Origin: Eledone cirrhosa
Taxonomy: Eukaryota
Direction of reading: 5' to 3'
Assembly (NCBI GenBank): GCA_964016885.1
Contig: OZ024740.1
Coordinates: forward strand, 31,248,001-31,312,000
DNA length: 64,000 bases
Part shown: positions 62,050 to 64,000 of the stretch, one piece after another
How the letters are laid out: each line of letters opens with the position of its first letter
Position numbering within the stretch: position 1 is the first letter of the stretch
Program-made: the position numbers and the translations under genes
Notes under the pieces: generated by a model
What the model saw: only the letters and a program-made list of their open reading frames with translations
Database searches by the model: none
Told to the model about the DNA's origin: nothing

Positions 62050-62460
62050 AGGTGCCTCATACTTTCTGCGAGTGCAAAATGCTCGCGGGACTGGGTTGAT
62101 CCTCAGCTCGTAGCCAATTTAGGTGACTACTCATTTTGGATGAGCTTCACATCTCCATTACACTCAGAGTGGGAGCTGATGTCTGTAGGAGATTGAAATG
62201 ATACGGCAGGTCCCTTGACTACATATCAGGTCATTTCGCTCGCTACGCCGGGCTAAACCTAATTATCCAATAGACCTTAAATTCTGGAGCTAGCTGGATT
62301 GTCCAGGATTGATGGGAAGAGGCCAGATGGTTTTATACTTTTGTCCCTGGGTAAGAGGTAGATGTCTTGCACATTTTAATCCTGGCGAAGCCCATCTCTC
62401 CAAGTCCGAACACAGCCGATTTCTTCTAGAGGAGGCGATAGAGAGTGACATAGAGGAAGA
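62050..62460 (+). mobile_element. Degenerate CRE-clade-like non-LTR retrotransposon C-terminus (restriction-like endonuclease)
   Basis: Across frames: LRVGADVC, GHFARYAGLNLII, ELAGLSRIDGKRPDG, PWVRGRCLA; matches the RHxxLN..EPxGLxRxDGKRPDG..PWxxGxxLxWD pattern recalled for this group. Confidence 0.65.
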
Positions 62461-62799
62461 AGTAACCCTTGTACTGAAACTACTTTTTTTATTGACGTCA
62501 AAATGAAGAAATGTAATTTTAATCTTGGGCGGGATTTGAGCGCAGAGAGCAAAGAACTTTATCCAATGGTTTTACAAATATATATGATCTGCATTTGTTA
62601 TTATATGTGTCTTGTTACCCCATAAATCACTTCATTATTTTTTTAAATGAGTCATAATGACTACAACCAGTTTCTTCTAGAATATAGGGGAGGAATCAGT
62701 CCAAGTACTGGACTGGTATCTATTTACACTGAAAGGATGAAAGGTAAAGTGGCCTTTGGCGGGAGTTGAAATGAATACCACAAGACATTCTATTTGACA

Positions 62800-63140
62800 C
62801 TCTGGAGAGAAATGAGGCAAGCTTGCTTTGATGGGTCTGCAATGCATAGACAAGCTGTGAAAGGGACTGGATAGATGTAGTGTGCAAAGGAGAAGACTGT
62901 GTTGATATGGCCATGTGATGCATATGGATGATGAGCATTGGGTGAAGAAGTGCCAAACAATCCCAGTGGAAGGGAGCTGTGGTAGAGGGAGACCAAGGAT
63001 GACCTGGGCAGTGGTTGTCAGAGCTGATCTTAGATCACTGAATCTCACATATAATGAAAGACAGACAATTGGAGAGATGTTGTGCTGGAAAGAACCCATC
63101 CAACCCATACTAGTATGGAAAAGTGATGATGATGATGATA
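62800..63140 (+). mobile_element. Old RTE 3' fragment
   Basis: YGHVMHMDDEHWVKKC..GRGRPRMTW; (ATG)n tail. Confidence 0.8.
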
Positions 63141-64000
63141 ATGATGACCATTCTAATAACACTGCCAATTTGCCACCTTGCGACCATTATAATAGTAGTA
63201 AAAGAGACGGATGAAGCACAGTTTAAGCTGGAGTAATGTTTGTAGACATTATTTTTATGTAGTCTAGAATCATCATCATCATCATCATCTAAAAAAGAAT
63301 GTATGTGGAAAGATGTACTCTAATATATATTAGGGTTTTGTAAAGGTTTAACAGGCATTCTGTAAAAAAAGATGTCTTTTAAGACTGGAGAAATCTTTAA
63401 GGCTTAGGGTTAGCTTTAATTTCTTGGCATGAAGTAGATGAAATATAAATCTTTCCAGCTTAAAATGCTGGTTACAACACAATATCTGGTACCTATTCTA
63501 AACAGCAAGACTAAATGGGGCTTGTAGAATTAAGTGTACTCCAATGAACAATAGAATACCTGCAGTATATTTGAACTAAAAACATATAAACTGGTTATCC
63601 AATTGTCAATGGAAGCAGAGCCATAATTGGTCAAACTGTTACGAATAACAGCCAAATCTTTTTGAAATCACACTACAATTGCAAAAAAGAAAGGGCACAT
63701 TCATCACCATGGTCCCTGATATATAAGCTGGGACAACTTTTATCAAGGATCTGTTCAATCACTGATAACTAAGAACTACAACAAAACGTTTATATTATGT
63801 TCTACATAATATAAAATATTTTGTTTTCAAAATCACTTGGTACCATTTACTGCATATACATATTGTCTCTGATATACAAAAAGATATGGCAGAGACATAC
63901 CAGCCTTATATATGTATGTATGTAGCGAAATCTGTCCACGCCTTGAACCTTGGATGACACCTAAAGGTCAAACTCTAGGTCACCACTCTTTTGGTGTGAA

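Overview
AT-rich, microsatellite-rich eukaryotic (metazoan) DNA. The SINE and RTE-LINE repertoire suggests a coleoid cephalopod (Octopus-like); this is inference. Four protein genes were reconstructed by hand from GT-AG splice sites and reading frame. (1) SPAG6 on +: 8 coding exons, 2188-30868; the first exon was not found, probably upstream of the window. (2) A complete intronless XRN2, 39272-42046, +. (3) NDUFV2 on -: 9 exons, 60661-43769, 250 aa, nearly invisible in the ORF track. (4) The first exon of an ANKRD60-like gene on + (60920-61109), head-to-head with NDUFV2 across a 258-bp region with an RFX X-box and a CRE. Introns and intergenic DNA are packed with mobile elements: RTE LINEs with a PHD-like finger after the RT core and (ATG)n tails, mostly in (TA)n; partner tRNA/CORE SINEs; a second SINE family; CR1/L2, Tx1 and CRE-like LINE relics; non-autonomous Helitrons stacked head-to-tail; piggyBac- and mariner-type MITEs; a hAT relic. 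The most unusual item is a 525-bp foldback element (6858-7382) with TG..CA ends, a verifiable 4-bp TSD and a hairpin centred on a tRNA-Trp-type primer-binding site. Also notable are apparent (TA)n targeting by an RTE/SINE pair and a 14 x 61-bp array born from a LINE 3' end.
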